A DNA stretch of 63,885 nt, filler included, from an uncultured bacterium (GTDB lineage: Bacteria > CAZSTA01), in the NCBI GenBank assembly GCA_964609495.1. It is 4 parts of 4 records of this genome, joined end to end, with 100 filler letters (N's around TTAATTAATTAA, not from the genome) between each part and the next. Parts side by side here need not be neighbours in the genome. Positions count along the whole stretch, not along the records: positions 17,296 to 34,402 come from CAZSTA010000065.1; positions 34,503 to 51,598 come from CAZSTA010000066.1; 2 more parts are not named here. One strand, written 5' to 3'. The notes below the pieces were generated by a model, which did no database searches, was not told the DNA's origin, and saw only the letters and a program-made list of their open reading frames with translations. The first letter of the stretch is position 1, and every line of letters starts with the position of its first letter. The translations under genes were made by a program, and so were the position numbers. Shown one piece after another: positions 27,547-38,029 of this stretch.

Positions 27547-29085
27547 ATGCGTTATTTGATCGGGATAGATGTGGGGACGACTGGAGCAAAGACGATATTG
27601 GTGAGCGAGGAAGGAGAGGTAATAGCTAGCTCTTTAGAGGAATATCCGCTCTATACCCCTTATCCCAAATGGGCGGAGCAGGATCCTGAGGATTGGTGGA
27701 TGGCTACAGCCTCCTCTATCTCTAACGTATTGAGGGAATCTGGAGTTGATCCTGAGGATATAAAAGGGATCGGGCTATCTGGGCAGATGCATGGGTTGGT
27801 ATTACTCGATAAGGATAATAAGGTGTTAAGACCTTGTATTATGTGGTGTGATCAGAGGACGACGGAGCAGAGAGAGTGGATAATGAATACCGTGGGCGAA
27901 GATCTTATGGTTCAAATAGCTGGTAATCCTGCTTTAGAGGGCTTCACTGCTCCCAAGGTCATCTGGGTTAAGCAGAAGGAACCAGAGATATTTGCCAAAG
28001 CTAAGACCATGGTTCTTCCGAAGGATTACGTTCGCTTCCGTCTAACTGGAGAGATCGCTATGGAGGTCTCAGATGCGGCTGGGACCGTTCTCTTCGATAT
28101 ATCAAAGAGAACGTGGTCAGATGTGATCTTAGATAAGTTGGGCATTCCCAGGGAGATGATGCCACCGTGCTATGAATCTATAGATATATGTGGTAGGATA
28201 ACCAAGGAGGTGGCGGAGAGGACCGGCCTTAAGGCTGGCACTCCGGTAGTCGGAGGAGGAGCGGATAACACCTGTGGAGCGGTCGGAAATGGGATCGTAA
28301 GGACTGGGCGATTATCTGCTAGCATTGGAAGTTCTGGCGTAGTCTTCTGCCACACTGATGAAGTGAAGATCGATTCAGGTCTCAGGGTTCATACTTTCTG
28401 TCACTCCGTCCCTCATAAGTGGTATGTGATGGGAGTAACGCAGGGAGCAGGGCTCTCCTTTCGCTGGCTCAGGGATAATATAGGTCTTTCCGAGATTCAG
28501 GTGGGAAACTTGTGCGATATCAGCGCCTATGATCTCCTCGCGGCTCAAGCCTTTCAAGCAAAACCCGGCTGTGAGGGATTGATCTTTCTACCTTATCTTA
28601 TGGGAGAGAGAACTCCCCACCTTGATGCCAACGCTAAAGGAGTCTTCTTCGGCTTGACCGCTCGCCACACCCGGGCAGATATGATCCGCTCGGTGATGGA
28701 GGGAGTGGCTTATAGTTTGCGTGATTGTCTTGAGATAATCAAGGGGATGGGATTGGAGATCGGCGAGATAAGGGCTACCGGTGGAGGAGCGAGAAGTCCC
28801 TTATGGAGACAGATTCAGGCTGATATCAATGGGCATGAAATGGTTACGATCAACGTCACTGAAGGACCAGCCTTTGGAGCGGCGATCTTAGCTGGGGTGG
28901 GTGCGGGTGTCTATTCCTCGATCGAGGAAGCCACCGATGGGATAATCGAGATCACCAGCTACACTGAACCTATCGAGGGGAACGTGAGGTTATATGAGGA
29001 ATACTATGAGATCTATCGCTCTCTCTATCCAGCCTTGAAACCCAATTTCGATAAAGTGTCGAAGATAGTCGAGAAGATCTCCTGA
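27547..29085 (+). CDS. xylB: Xylulokinase (FGGY kinase)
   Basis: GIDVGTTGAK, EQDP, GLSGQMHG, WCDQRT, PKDY, GERTP and GGGARS motifs. Confidence 0.88.
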   Translation: MRYLIGIDVGTTGAKTILVSEEGEVIASSLEEYPLYTPYPKWAEQDPEDWWMATASSISNVLRESGVDPEDIKGIGLSGQMHGLVLLDKDNKVLRPCIMWCDQRTTEQREWIMNTVGEDLMVQIAGNPALEGFTAPKVIWVKQKEPEIFAKAKTMVLPKDYVRFRLTGEIAMEVSDAAGTVLFDISKRTWSDVILDKLGIPREMMPPCYESIDICGRITKEVAERTGLKAGTPVVGGGADNTCGAVGNGIVRTGRLSASIGSSGVVFCHTDEVKIDSGLRVHTFCHSVPHKWYVMGVTQGAGLSFRWLRDNIGLSEIQVGNLCDISAYDLLAAQAFQAKPGCEGLIFLPYLMGERTPHLDANAKGVFFGLTARHTRADMIRSVMEGVAYSLRDCLEIIKGMGLEIGEIRATGGGARSPLWRQIQADINGHEMVTINVTEGPAFGAAILAGVGAGVYSSIEEATDGIIEITSYTEPIEGNVRLYEEYYEIYRSLYPALKPNFDKVSKIVEKIS

Positions 29086-29171
29086 TATGGATCAAATTTA
29101 TCAAATCAGGGAAGATAATCAGGCGGGTGTTTAACGCCCGCCTTTGGAATATCTTCGTGAGGAGGAAGCTT

Positions 29172-30422
29172 ATGTTAGAAGTGAATGGTGATAGAGCCTA
29201 TCGGTTGTTGAAGAGATTTGCTTTCGAAAGGGTGGGCGGAACGAAGGGGGAGAGGCGAGCCGCGGAGATAATATCCGCAGAGCTGATAAATATAGGATTC
29301 AAGCCCATATTCGAGAAGTTTTATGTATGGACCTATATGAATACCGAAGCGGAGTTAGAAGTTCTAGTTCCTTATCAGCAGAAGTATAAAGCTGCCGCCT
29401 TGGGATTAACCGGGGAGACTCCTCCAGAGGGAATAGAGTCCGATTTGGTGTATGTGGAGACTGGAGGAGAAGGCTATCTTGATGGAGTGAAAGGCAAAGT
29501 CGCTATGATGTTCGGTCCTCTAAATGCGAATAAATATAAAGCTTTATCCGATAGAGAGGTCCAAGCTTTCATTATGATCTCTAATCCTGGTCGAGAACTG
29601 ACCCATACCGAGATCAGCGACTATTACTTCAAGAGATTTGGCAAGATACCAGGAGTTTTCATTACCTATGGGGATGCCTTGGAGATGATAAAGAATAAGG
29701 CTTCTCGGGTTAGAATAGGAGTAAAACAGAAGGAGAAGAGGTGTAAATCTAGAAATATCGTGGTGGAGATAAAGGGAACTGAGAAAGAGGATGAAGTCAT
29801 CATCGTTGGTGGACACTACGATAGTGAGCCTAAAACCGAGGGTGCTCATGATAATGCCGCGGGATCGGTGGTATTGGTGGAATTAGCCCGACACTTCTAT
29901 AGCAATCCTCCTCGGCGCACAATACGCTTTGTCTGGTTTGGAAGTGAGGAGCCGGGACTAAAGGGTAGCTTCGCTCATGTGGATAGGCACAAAGAGGAGA
30001 TCGATAAAGTAAAGATGATGATCAATTTAGATGTGGGAGGGGGCATAATCGCTGAAAACTTCGCTTACATAACTGGAAATGACTATCTAAAGAATTATAT
30101 AGAGATATTGAGTAAAGAAGAGGGCTTAGATCTCAGAATTAATACCGGAGTTATGAGTAGCGATAGTAGCCCCTTCAACGATCGGGGGATCCCAACGATA
30201 AGCCTGGGGAGAAGTGGCGGAAGCACTTATTATTGCCACTCTGCGGGAGATGTAGCAGGATTTATAGATGGCAACCATCTGGCTATGACTGGGGATTTTG
30301 CTCTCCTTGTTCTTTCGAGGCTAGCTAATGCCAAGATCTTTCCCTTTGAGAAGGAGATTCCAGAGAAGATAAAGGAAGAATTGGACAGATATCTTAGAGA
30401 GGGGTTGGGGATGGAGAGATAA
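29172..30422 (+). CDS. M28 family peptidase with PA domain
   Basis: GGHYDS, GAHDNAAG, SEEPG, NLD, SDSSPF and YCHS Zn-ligand motifs. Start at ATG 29172 behind GGAGG. Confidence 0.85.
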   Translation: MLEVNGDRAYRLLKRFAFERVGGTKGERRAAEIISAELINIGFKPIFEKFYVWTYMNTEAELEVLVPYQQKYKAAALGLTGETPPEGIESDLVYVETGGEGYLDGVKGKVAMMFGPLNANKYKALSDREVQAFIMISNPGRELTHTEISDYYFKRFGKIPGVFITYGDALEMIKNKASRVRIGVKQKEKRCKSRNIVVEIKGTEKEDEVIIVGGHYDSEPKTEGAHDNAAGSVVLVELARHFYSNPPRRTIRFVWFGSEEPGLKGSFAHVDRHKEEIDKVKMMINLDVGGGIIAENFAYITGNDYLKNYIEILSKEEGLDLRINTGVMSSDSSPFNDRGIPTISLGRSGGSTYYCHSAGDVAGFIDGNHLAMTGDFALLVLSRLANAKIFPFEKEIPEKIKEELDRYLREGLGMER

Positions 30423-30444
30423 ATTTCCCATCTGCCATAACGCA

Positions 30445-30654
30445 TCAACCTATAACATACATAATGGATATCCAGCCGAGAATGTAAAGGGTGACCCCGA
30501 TTATCAAGTAACCTATAGTTATCCCTAAGAAAGCGAATATTAAAAATAGCCACTTGCCTTGATAAGAGCGCTGGATAAATTTATATAGATATGCAAGCAG
30601 ATAACTCGCTACAATCGCTATCAAAAGTAACACTAATATAAGTTGATATAGCAT
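30445..30654 (-). CDS. Small two-TM membrane protein
   Basis: 69 aa with two hydrophobic segments and a GAGGGG RBS. Confidence 0.55.
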   Translation of the reverse strand: MLYQLILVLLLIAIVASYLLAYLYKFIQRSYQGKWLFLIFAFLGITIGYLIIGVTLYILGWISIMYVIG

Positions 30655-30675
30655 AAGTTACCCCTCTCTTTTAAG

Positions 30676-31452
30676 CTAAAGATTTCTAAGGTAACTGATA
30701 TTTCCTCTTAACTTATCCTCAATAGGCTGATCGGAGAAATCCTCACTGGAGAGATATCCTTCATATCCCACATCCTTGAGAGCCTCGATCACTGCCTTCC
30801 AATCCACCATTCCCTCTTCGAGCTTATCCCAACTCCAGATCCATTTTCCATCTCTCTTAGTCCAAGCGGCGTTTTTCACATGCACATGGGCAAGGTAATC
30901 CCCTAGTAACTGAAAACCTAACTTGTAACTCTCCATTCCCTCCACTACCATATTGCCCGGATCGAAGATCACTCCAATATAGTTAGAATCGAAATTCTGC
31001 ACAAGGCGATGGGCTAAGCTAGGGCTGGTAGTTATATTCCCGAAGTGTATCTCTATTGTAGCCTTAACTTTGATGCGCTCCGCTATCCTCTGTATTATCT
31101 CCAAATCTTTGAGCGTTTCATCATACAGGAAGGGATAGGGTATCGATCCGTCATAGTTAGGAACGGTGACTCTCACTTGAGGACATCCCATAACTCGCGC
31201 GGCATCTAGCACTCTCTCGATAAGTTCCTTCTTCTTTACGGATATATAAGATGCCAGAGCTGGTATCTCTAAGCCGTTATCTTCCGTCACCTTCTTTACA
31301 TATTTCGCCCTCTTATCGATCGTCTCGGGATCGATATGGTAAGCCTCGTGGACTCTCCATTCCACCCCATTATAGCCATACTGTTTAAGCTTATCAGCCG
31401 CCTCCTCTAGGGAAAATTCCTTCATAATCACGGTGAAGATAGAATATTTCAT
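30676..31452 (-). CDS. Sugar phosphate isomerase/epimerase family TIM barrel
   Basis: GVEWRV, IEIH, FDPGN, HVHVKN and SSEDF motifs. Confidence 0.85.
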   Translation of the reverse strand: MKYSIFTVIMKEFSLEEAADKLKQYGYNGVEWRVHEAYHIDPETIDKRAKYVKKVTEDNGLEIPALASYISVKKKELIERVLDAARVMGCPQVRVTVPNYDGSIPYPFLYDETLKDLEIIQRIAERIKVKATIEIHFGNITTSPSLAHRLVQNFDSNYIGVIFDPGNMVVEGMESYKLGFQLLGDYLAHVHVKNAAWTKRDGKWIWSWDKLEEGMVDWKAVIEALKDVGYEGYLSSEDFSDQPIEDKLRGNISYLRNL

Positions 31453-31518
31453 ATATCTTTTATCTCCTTTCCAAATTACCTCAGCTACTTTTTCTCTTCG
31501 ATCTCATCCACCAACAAG

Positions 31519-32859
31519 TCATAACTTATAGTCGATGACTTTATCTTCCTCAAGCCCGACTTCTCTTAAGAAAGCTAATAATCTCTGGTGGAGGGATTCA
31601 GCGATATCTTCTTTCTCATCGATCAAGTTTTTCTCTTGCTTTGGATCATCGTTCAGGTTATAGAGTTCGGCTCTTCTTGGCCAAAGGGATTTAGGCCAAC
31701 AGATCAGATTCCATCCCTCCTCATTCACTACACTTATACATTCTTGATATCGCGCGGAGAATGTGCAACTATGAAGCCTCTCGACTTTTCCTTCGATTAG
31801 AGGCATAAGTGATTTGCCCTGTATCGTCCCTTCAGCAGGAACACCGAGAAGATCTAAGATCGTAGGCATCATATCGGTTGATTGAACTAGAGCCTCGATT
31901 CGTTTCCCTCGCTCTCCATTTGGCAATCTGATGAGAAGTGGAACTCTGGTCATCTCCTCGTATAAGCTTCCCATATCCTCTCCTAAAGCGGCCCAAGGCT
32001 TTCCTATAGCTCCATGATCTCCATGATAATGTCCATGATCCGAGGTGAAGATGATCGCGGTATTCTCGAAAAGTCCTAACTGCTCGATCTTATCTAGGAG
32101 ATAGCCGACCCATTTATCGAGCATCGTTATCTCTCCCGCGTATAGAGCGCGCACTTGTTTAAGCTCTGCCTCGGTCATATAATCGCACTTCCCATACTCG
32201 GGATAAATTATCTCCTCTCCCTCATAACCGGGATTATACATTCGATTATAGGGGTAAGGCGGATCCCAGGGCTCGTGGGGATCGAAGGAATCGACCCATA
32301 ATAAGAATCTATCCAGCTTATAATTCCTCTCCAACCACTCCATAGCCTTGGTCATAACTTGGGGAGCGAAGTAGTCCTTTTCGTATTTTCTGGATGCCGT
32401 ATTTCGCATAAATTTTTTGACGATACGCTCTGGCTCCCGCAGTTTATGGGGAGCACAGGGGAACTTTATAGGGATAGTGGGGTCTGTTATGTATCTATCG
32501 TTCTCCTGCCCTCTGATCCACCACCATCCGCTGAAGCCGCGATTGAAATTGTATTCGTTGTTCATCATATGAGGGTTATCGGCGATAAGCATCGAGGTAT
32601 AACCTTCTTTGCCTATTACCTCGGAGAGGATAACATCCCCCGGTCTTAAAGGCGCCCAATCTCGGAAGGGGAAGGCGTATCTTCCGGTGAAGAGATCAGT
32701 GCGGTTGGGAATCGTTGGATGAGAGGCGACATAGGCTCTATTGAATATCAATGAATCCTGAGCTAAAAGATCTAAGTTTGGAGTCTCTATCCATTTGTTA
32801 CCATAACATCCTAGATGATCGCGTCTTAGGGAATCGGCCATAATGAAGATTAAGTTCAT
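31519..32859 (-). CDS. Sulfatase-like hydrolase (alkaline phosphatase superfamily) with Thr at the nucleophile position
   Basis: DSLRRDHLGCYG, PTIPNR..LFTGRY, FDPHEP and TSDHG motifs. Confidence 0.85.
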   Translation of the reverse strand: MNLIFIMADSLRRDHLGCYGNKWIETPNLDLLAQDSLIFNRAYVASHPTIPNRTDLFTGRYAFPFRDWAPLRPGDVILSEVIGKEGYTSMLIADNPHMMNNEYNFNRGFSGWWWIRGQENDRYITDPTIPIKFPCAPHKLREPERIVKKFMRNTASRKYEKDYFAPQVMTKAMEWLERNYKLDRFLLWVDSFDPHEPWDPPYPYNRMYNPGYEGEEIIYPEYGKCDYMTEAELKQVRALYAGEITMLDKWVGYLLDKIEQLGLFENTAIIFTSDHGHYHGDHGAIGKPWAALGEDMGSLYEEMTRVPLLIRLPNGERGKRIEALVQSTDMMPTILDLLGVPAEGTIQGKSLMPLIEGKVERLHSCTFSARYQECISVVNEEGWNLICWPKSLWPRRAELYNLNDDPKQEKNLIDEKEDIAESLHQRLLAFLREVGLEEDKVIDYKL

Positions 32860-32870
32860 CCTTATACCTC

Positions 32871-34402
32871 CTATTGTGTTAATTTATCTATGCCACAGAA
32901 TAGATCTTCTATCTTAACTAAAGTGTGATCCTTCTCACTACGGAGTTTAACCTCCACCGAATCGCTCTTCAAGGTTCGAGAACTGATAGTTAGGCGGATA
33001 GGGATCCCAATGAGATCAGCGTCCTTGAACTTGACTCCTGCTCGCTCATCCCGATCGTCAAATAGCACCTCATATCCCTTATCCTGCAGCTCTCTATATA
33101 TCTCCTCCGCCTTATTCGTTACCTCGTCCTCCTTACCCAGGGAGATTATATGTATCTGATAAGGAGCAATGGCCAAAGGCCAGATTATACCACCCTCATC
33201 GTGATGTTGTTCAATCACCGCGGCCATCAAGCGATCCACCCCTATTCCATAGCATCCCATCACTATAGGGTGTTCAGTGCCATGGCTATCGAGGTAAGTG
33301 GCTCCTAGGGCTTCGCTGTATTTAGTGCCGAGCTTGAATATATGGGCAAGCTCGATACCTCGCTTAAGTTCAAGTTCGCCTCGACATCTTAAGCATATAT
33401 CCCCCTCTCTAACCGAGGCTATATCGGTGATAATATCAGCTTTGAAATCGCGAGGATAGTTCACGTTGATTATATGCTTATCGACCTTATTCGCTCCAGC
33501 GACGAAGTTGCTTCCTGTGGTTATCGACTCATCAGCGATGATTTTAACTCCCTTTAATCCCACTGGAGATACGAAGCCAGCGACTATCCCTTTCCTCTCT
33601 AGTTCCCCTGCTTCGGCTATATATATTTCAGGAACGTTTAACGCTTTGATGAGCTTGTTCTCATTGATATCTAGATCGGCTCGGATCACCGCGGCTACTA
33701 TCTCCTCTCCAGTTGAATACATAACCGTCTTTAACATCCTGTTAGGAGAAGTATTGAGGAATTTCGATAGACTCTCTATAGTCCTAGCATTTGGAGTATA
33801 TACCTCTTCTATCTCCAGTGGTTCATTCTCTTCCCCTGATGGCTTCTCACTCACCGCAGACTCTAGGTTAGCTGCATATCCACAGCTTGGGCAGATCACT
33901 ACCGTATCCTCTCCATTCTCCGATAAAAGCATGAATTCGTTGGATTGACTTCCTCCTATCATTCCCGATTCGGCTTCGATAGGAAGTATATCTAAACCAC
34001 AGCGTTGGAATATATTCAGATAAGCCTGGTAAACTGAGGGATAATATCGATCGATATCATCCTCATCGGGGTGAAAGCTATATCCATCCTTCATCGTAAA
34101 TTCGCGCAATCTTATCACCCCTCGCGGTCGAGCTTCATCACGAGCTTTGGTCTTGATCTGGTAGATCATAAAGGGAAGTTGCCTATAAGATCTTATCCTT
34201 TTTCTCGCTAGATCGGTTACCACCTCCTCATTGGTCATAGCTAGAACCATCTCTCTATCTCGGCGATCTTTGAGTCGAATCAACTCTGAAGGGATATCGA
34301 ACCAGCGGCCGGTCTTTCTCCAAAGCTCCGCTGGATTTAGGAGCGGAAGAGCTACCTCTTGCCATCCTATCGCGTTCATCTCCTCGCGGATAAGATCCTC
34401 GA
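32871..34402 (-). CDS. proS: Proline--tRNA ligase, 5'-truncated by the gap
   Basis: KARDE.RPR, REFTMKDGYSF, INS editing domain (GANK), MGCYGIG and GVKFKDADLIGIP motifs. Confidence 0.96.
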
Positions 34403-34502
34403 NNNNNNNNNNNNNNNNNNNNNNNNNNNNNNNNNNNNNNNNNNNNTTAATTAATTAANNNNNNNNNNNNNNNNNNNNNNNNNNNNNNNNNNNNNNNNNN
34501 NN
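34403..34502. other. Artificial contig linker
   Basis: N run with a central TTAATTAATTAA. Confidence 0.98.
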
Positions 34503-34672
34503 CTCCCTAACGAAGAACCAAGAATATGATACCCCCGATTATAAGTTCAAAAACCAAGATGGGAGGGGTTGGGGGAGAAGGAAGTTCAAGGTCTAATCTG
34601 ATCTCGAACATCTCGGACAAAAAATTTTGAAACTACTTAAATCCTGTTACGCAAAGAATCTCTTCTTCATCT

Positions 34673-35359
34673 TCAATTAGATCTCTTCGGTATCTTAGGG
34701 ATAAGCCAAGCTAAGAATGCATTCGGACTCCTCGTCTGGAGAAAGACCTTACCAGGACCAGTTAATTCACAGACCAGTCCCTCTCCACTGAGGAGAGTTG
34801 ATTTCCAGCTTCCTACTCTCTTTACGTTGTAGGAGAGACCTTCATTGAAAGCTACCAGATGACCGGTATCAACGATGTATTTTTCTCCTTGAGCTAGATT
34901 GACCTCGTGAATAGCGCCATAGCTAGAGATAAAGAGAGGCCCTCTTCCCGTTACCTTCAATAAGAAAAGCCCCTCACCACCAAAAAAGGTCTTTGCTCCT
35001 CCCCACTTCGTATCTATTTCTATATTCGGCACCGAGGCGATATAAGATCCAGATTGCACATAGACAGTCTCGTTCTCCAACTCCCGATAGACTAGATCAC
35101 CCGGCAGAGCAGAAGCTAAAGTGAGCTCCCCAGGACCGTCTTCCGATTTGTAGTTATTGATGAAGAAGCTCTCCCCTCCTAGAACTGAACGCTTGAGCGC
35201 TCCAAAGATTCCCCCCTTAGCGCTCGTTTGTATAGAGATATTTCCGGACATACTAACCATAGCTCCAGCTTCGACTGATAGCTCCTCTCCAGTTTCCATC
35301 CTGACTATTGCCAAGGAAAAAGAGGGGCGATATAAGATCTCGTGTTGCATATCTCCCAT
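34673..35359 (-). CDS. TIGR00266 / AIM24 family protein
   Basis: EAGAMV, GGESFF, GGEGLF, VDTGHLVAF, SGEGLV and GPGKV.LQTR motifs. Confidence 0.9.
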   Translation of the reverse strand: MGDMQHEILYRPSFSLAIVRMETGEELSVEAGAMVSMSGNISIQTSAKGGIFGALKRSVLGGESFFINNYKSEDGPGELTLASALPGDLVYRELENETVYVQSGSYIASVPNIEIDTKWGGAKTFFGGEGLFLLKVTGRGPLFISSYGAIHEVNLAQGEKYIVDTGHLVAFNEGLSYNVKRVGSWKSTLLSGEGLVCELTGPGKVFLQTRSPNAFLAWLIPKIPKRSN

Positions 35360-35406
35360 CTCCTTTCTGATATGAAAGTGTCACTAGATATGATCGTTCC
35401 CGTCTT

Positions 35407-36300
35407 TCAACTACTACTTTCAGCTTCCCTCAACAAAGGATATCCCATTTCCTCTCTCTGCTTCACATATCCTATGGCACATCTCCTAGCCAAATCTCTC
35501 ACTCGTTTGATATATCTAGTCCGCTCAGTAACGCTTATAACTCCTCTCGCATCTAGCAGGTTGAAGGTATGCGAACACTTCAACACATAGTCATACGCTG
35601 GCAGGATCATATCCTTATCCAAAATTCGCTGGGCCTCTCCTTCGTAGATATCGAATAACTGAAACAGGATAGGGGTGTCAGCCTCCTCGAAGTTGTAACG
35701 ACATTCCTCTATCTCGCCTGTCAAATGAATATCACCATAAGTGATCCCATCCGTCCATTTTATATCAATGAAGTTATCTACCCCTTGAATATACATTGTC
35801 AATCTCTCTAATCCGTATGTCAACTCCACCGAAATAGGCGAGACCTCTAATCCCCCTACCTGTTGGAGATAGGTGAACTGAGATACTTCCATACCATCTA
35901 ACCAAACCTCCCAGCCTAATCCCCAAGCACCAAGCGTGGGAGCTTCCCAATCATCCTCCACAAATCTCACATCGTGCTGAGCTAGGTCTATCCCTAAAGC
36001 CCTGAGACTATCCAGATAGACATCCTGAACATCGCGCGGGGGTGGTTTTAAAACCACCTGATATTGATAGAAGTGTTGATAGCGATTGGGATTTCGGCCA
36101 TAACGCCCATCAGTTGGGCGTCGGGAGGGCTCAACATAAGCCACTTTCCAAGGTTCTGGTCCTAAAACTCGCAAAAAGGTAGCAGGATTAAAAGTTCCTG
36201 CTCCAACTTCTATCCCATAAGGATGTTGGATAACATAGCCTCTTTCGGCCCAATAACCCTCCAATTTCAAAATAACCTCTTGAAATGTAAGCTTTCTCAT
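35407..36300 (-). CDS. glyQ: Glycine--tRNA ligase alpha subunit
   Basis: [31 protein letters not shown] and ELTYGLER motifs. Confidence 0.97.
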   Translation of the reverse strand: MRKLTFQEVILKLEGYWAERGYVIQHPYGIEVGAGTFNPATFLRVLGPEPWKVAYVEPSRRPTDGRYGRNPNRYQHFYQYQVVLKPPPRDVQDVYLDSLRALGIDLAQHDVRFVEDDWEAPTLGAWGLGWEVWLDGMEVSQFTYLQQVGGLEVSPISVELTYGLERLTMYIQGVDNFIDIKWTDGITYGDIHLTGEIEECRYNFEEADTPILFQLFDIYEGEAQRILDKDMILPAYDYVLKCSHTFNLLDARGVISVTERTRYIKRVRDLARRCAIGYVKQREEMGYPLLREAESSS

Positions 36301-36353
36301 TCTCTACTTATAATCACCCGTTTTAGCAATAGTTACGATTTCGCTCCTTGATA

Positions 36354-36382
36354 ACTATACCAAAATTAAGGCAAAGAGTCAA
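36354..36382 (-). promoter_or_regulatory. Internal sigma70 promoter for glyQ overlapping the recO stop
   Basis: TTGACT-17nt-TATAGT with extended TGn on the minus strand. Confidence 0.6.
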
Positions 36383-37158
36383 CTGGACGCTCGATATTTT
36401 TCTAAATCCCTAAGGGAATCGAGGAGGGTTAAAGAATTCAATTGCCTTTCGAGATAATAGCTGATATACCACCTGAGAGCTTTCTCGGTCTCCTTGCCAA
36501 AACCACCTGAATCTTTAACCCGCCCAGCCTTAGTTATATTAATCCTTGTAAGCAACCGCATTAAATTCAACGCCCCTCTGGAGATGATCACCTCGTCATT
36601 GCCCCTCTCACGATGACAATCATCACAGATGATCCCTCCCTGCGAAGGGCTAAATACAACTCGTTTATCCTCTATCTCCTTATTACAGTTGACACAGTTA
36701 TCCAAGTTAGGTTTATAACCAAGGATAGTAAGTGCTTTTAGCTCGAAAGCTCTAGTTATTATAGCTAATTCGGAATATTCTTCGAATAGATGTAAAGTTG
36801 ACAGTAACAGGCGGAATAACCACTCATTCTGCTCATTCTCACCAGTCATCGCATCTATTAACTCAGCCAGATAGGACCCATAGACCATCTTGACGAGATC
36901 TTCTCGAATTTTTCGGAACGATTCTTTTATAGAGCATTGCTGGATAATATCCAATCCTCGTCCTTTATAGATAAGAAGATCATCATAAGATAGGAGTTCC
37001 ATACTACTTCCGAAGCGGCTCTTAGTCCTTCTAACTCCCTTGGCAACAGCCTTGATCTTACCATAGTCCTTAGAATAAAAGGTAATTATTCGATCTGTTT
37101 CCCCCAGATCCCATCCTCTTAATACTATACCTTCGGTCTTAAAAAGCTTACTCACCAA
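36379..37158 (-). CDS. recO: DNA repair protein RecO
   Basis: GIVL...GE.D, AKGVR..KSRFG and Zn finger CVNC...CDDC; recO-glyQ synteny. Confidence 0.95.
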   Translation of the reverse strand: MVSKLFKTEGIVLRGWDLGETDRIITFYSKDYGKIKAVAKGVRRTKSRFGSSMELLSYDDLLIYKGRGLDIIQQCSIKESFRKIREDLVKMVYGSYLAELIDAMTGENEQNEWLFRLLLSTLHLFEEYSELAIITRAFELKALTILGYKPNLDNCVNCNKEIEDKRVVFSPSQGGIICDDCHRERGNDEVIISRGALNLMRLLTRINITKAGRVKDSGGFGKETEKALRWYISYYLERQLNSLTLLDSLRDLEKYRASS

Positions 37159-38026
37159 TATCCACCGGCTTTAAGTTAGGATGAACAATGGCAACGCTGG
37201 CGCTGGCTCCGATTCTGGTCGCTCCAGCCTCGATCATCTTCTTGGCGACCTCAAATGTTCTGATCCCTCCCGCGGCTTTAACTCCCATATCGCTTCCCAC
37301 CACCCGTCGCATTAAAGCCACATCCTCAACGGTCGCTCCTCCCGGACCGAATCCAGTTGAGGTCTTCACAAAATCAGCACCAGCAGTCTTAGCCAAAGTA
37401 CAGGCTTTCACCTTCTCCTCATCAGTCAATAGAGCGGCCTCTATTATCACTTTGCAAAGAGCCCAACCTCGGCAGGCGGAAACCACTCCTCTGATATCAT
37501 CCTCCACGAACTGGTAATCTCCTGATTTCAACGCTCCTACATTGATCACCATATCTATCTCCGAAGCTCCATCGTAGATCGCTTTCTTAGCCTCAAAAGC
37601 CTTGACCTCAGACACATTAGCTCCTAAAGGGAAACCCACTACCGAGCAAACTTTGACCGATACTCCTCGCAATAGCTCCGCGGCCAGGGAGACATAAGTT
37701 GGATTAACACAGACCGACGCGAATCTGAACTTCTTAGCTTCTTCACAAAGCTTAACCACCTGATCTCTAGTAGCCTCTGGCTTCAACAAAGTATGATCGA
37801 TCATCCCCGCTATCTCGCTCTGAACAATGCCTACTCCAGCTTTAGCACTGATTCGAGAGGCTCCTGCCTTAACGATCTCCTTAACCGCCTCCGGACAATT
37901 ATGGGCACAATAGCCATTCTCAGAGCAATTACGTTCGCCATTGCCACAACTAGAACTTTCACTATTCCCTTGAAGCTGTAATATAACTTCTCTTGTTACC
38001 TGGTTAACTATTCGTTCAAGGTCCAT
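37148..38026 (-). CDS. deoC: Deoxyribose-phosphate aldolase with an N-terminal extension (putative encapsulation peptide plus Cys cluster)
   Basis: [28 protein letters not shown] and VKAAGGIR motifs; about 70 extra N-terminal residues. Confidence 0.93.
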   Translation of the reverse strand: MDLERIVNQVTREVILQLQGNSESSSCGNGERNCSENGYCAHNCPEAVKEIVKAGASRISAKAGVGIVQSEIAGMIDHTLLKPEATRDQVVKLCEEAKKFRFASVCVNPTYVSLAAELLRGVSVKVCSVVGFPLGANVSEVKAFEAKKAIYDGASEIDMVINVGALKSGDYQFVEDDIRGVVSACRGWALCKVIIEAALLTDEEKVKACTLAKTAGADFVKTSTGFGPGGATVEDVALMRRVVGSDMGVKAAGGIRTFEVAKKMIEAGATRIGASASVAIVHPNLKPVDIGE

Positions 38027-38029
38027 AAT

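Noticed and set aside
34503-34596. Possible IS110 transposase C-terminus
   Set aside because: Only about 30 residues with weak resemblance; too little to call a mobile element.
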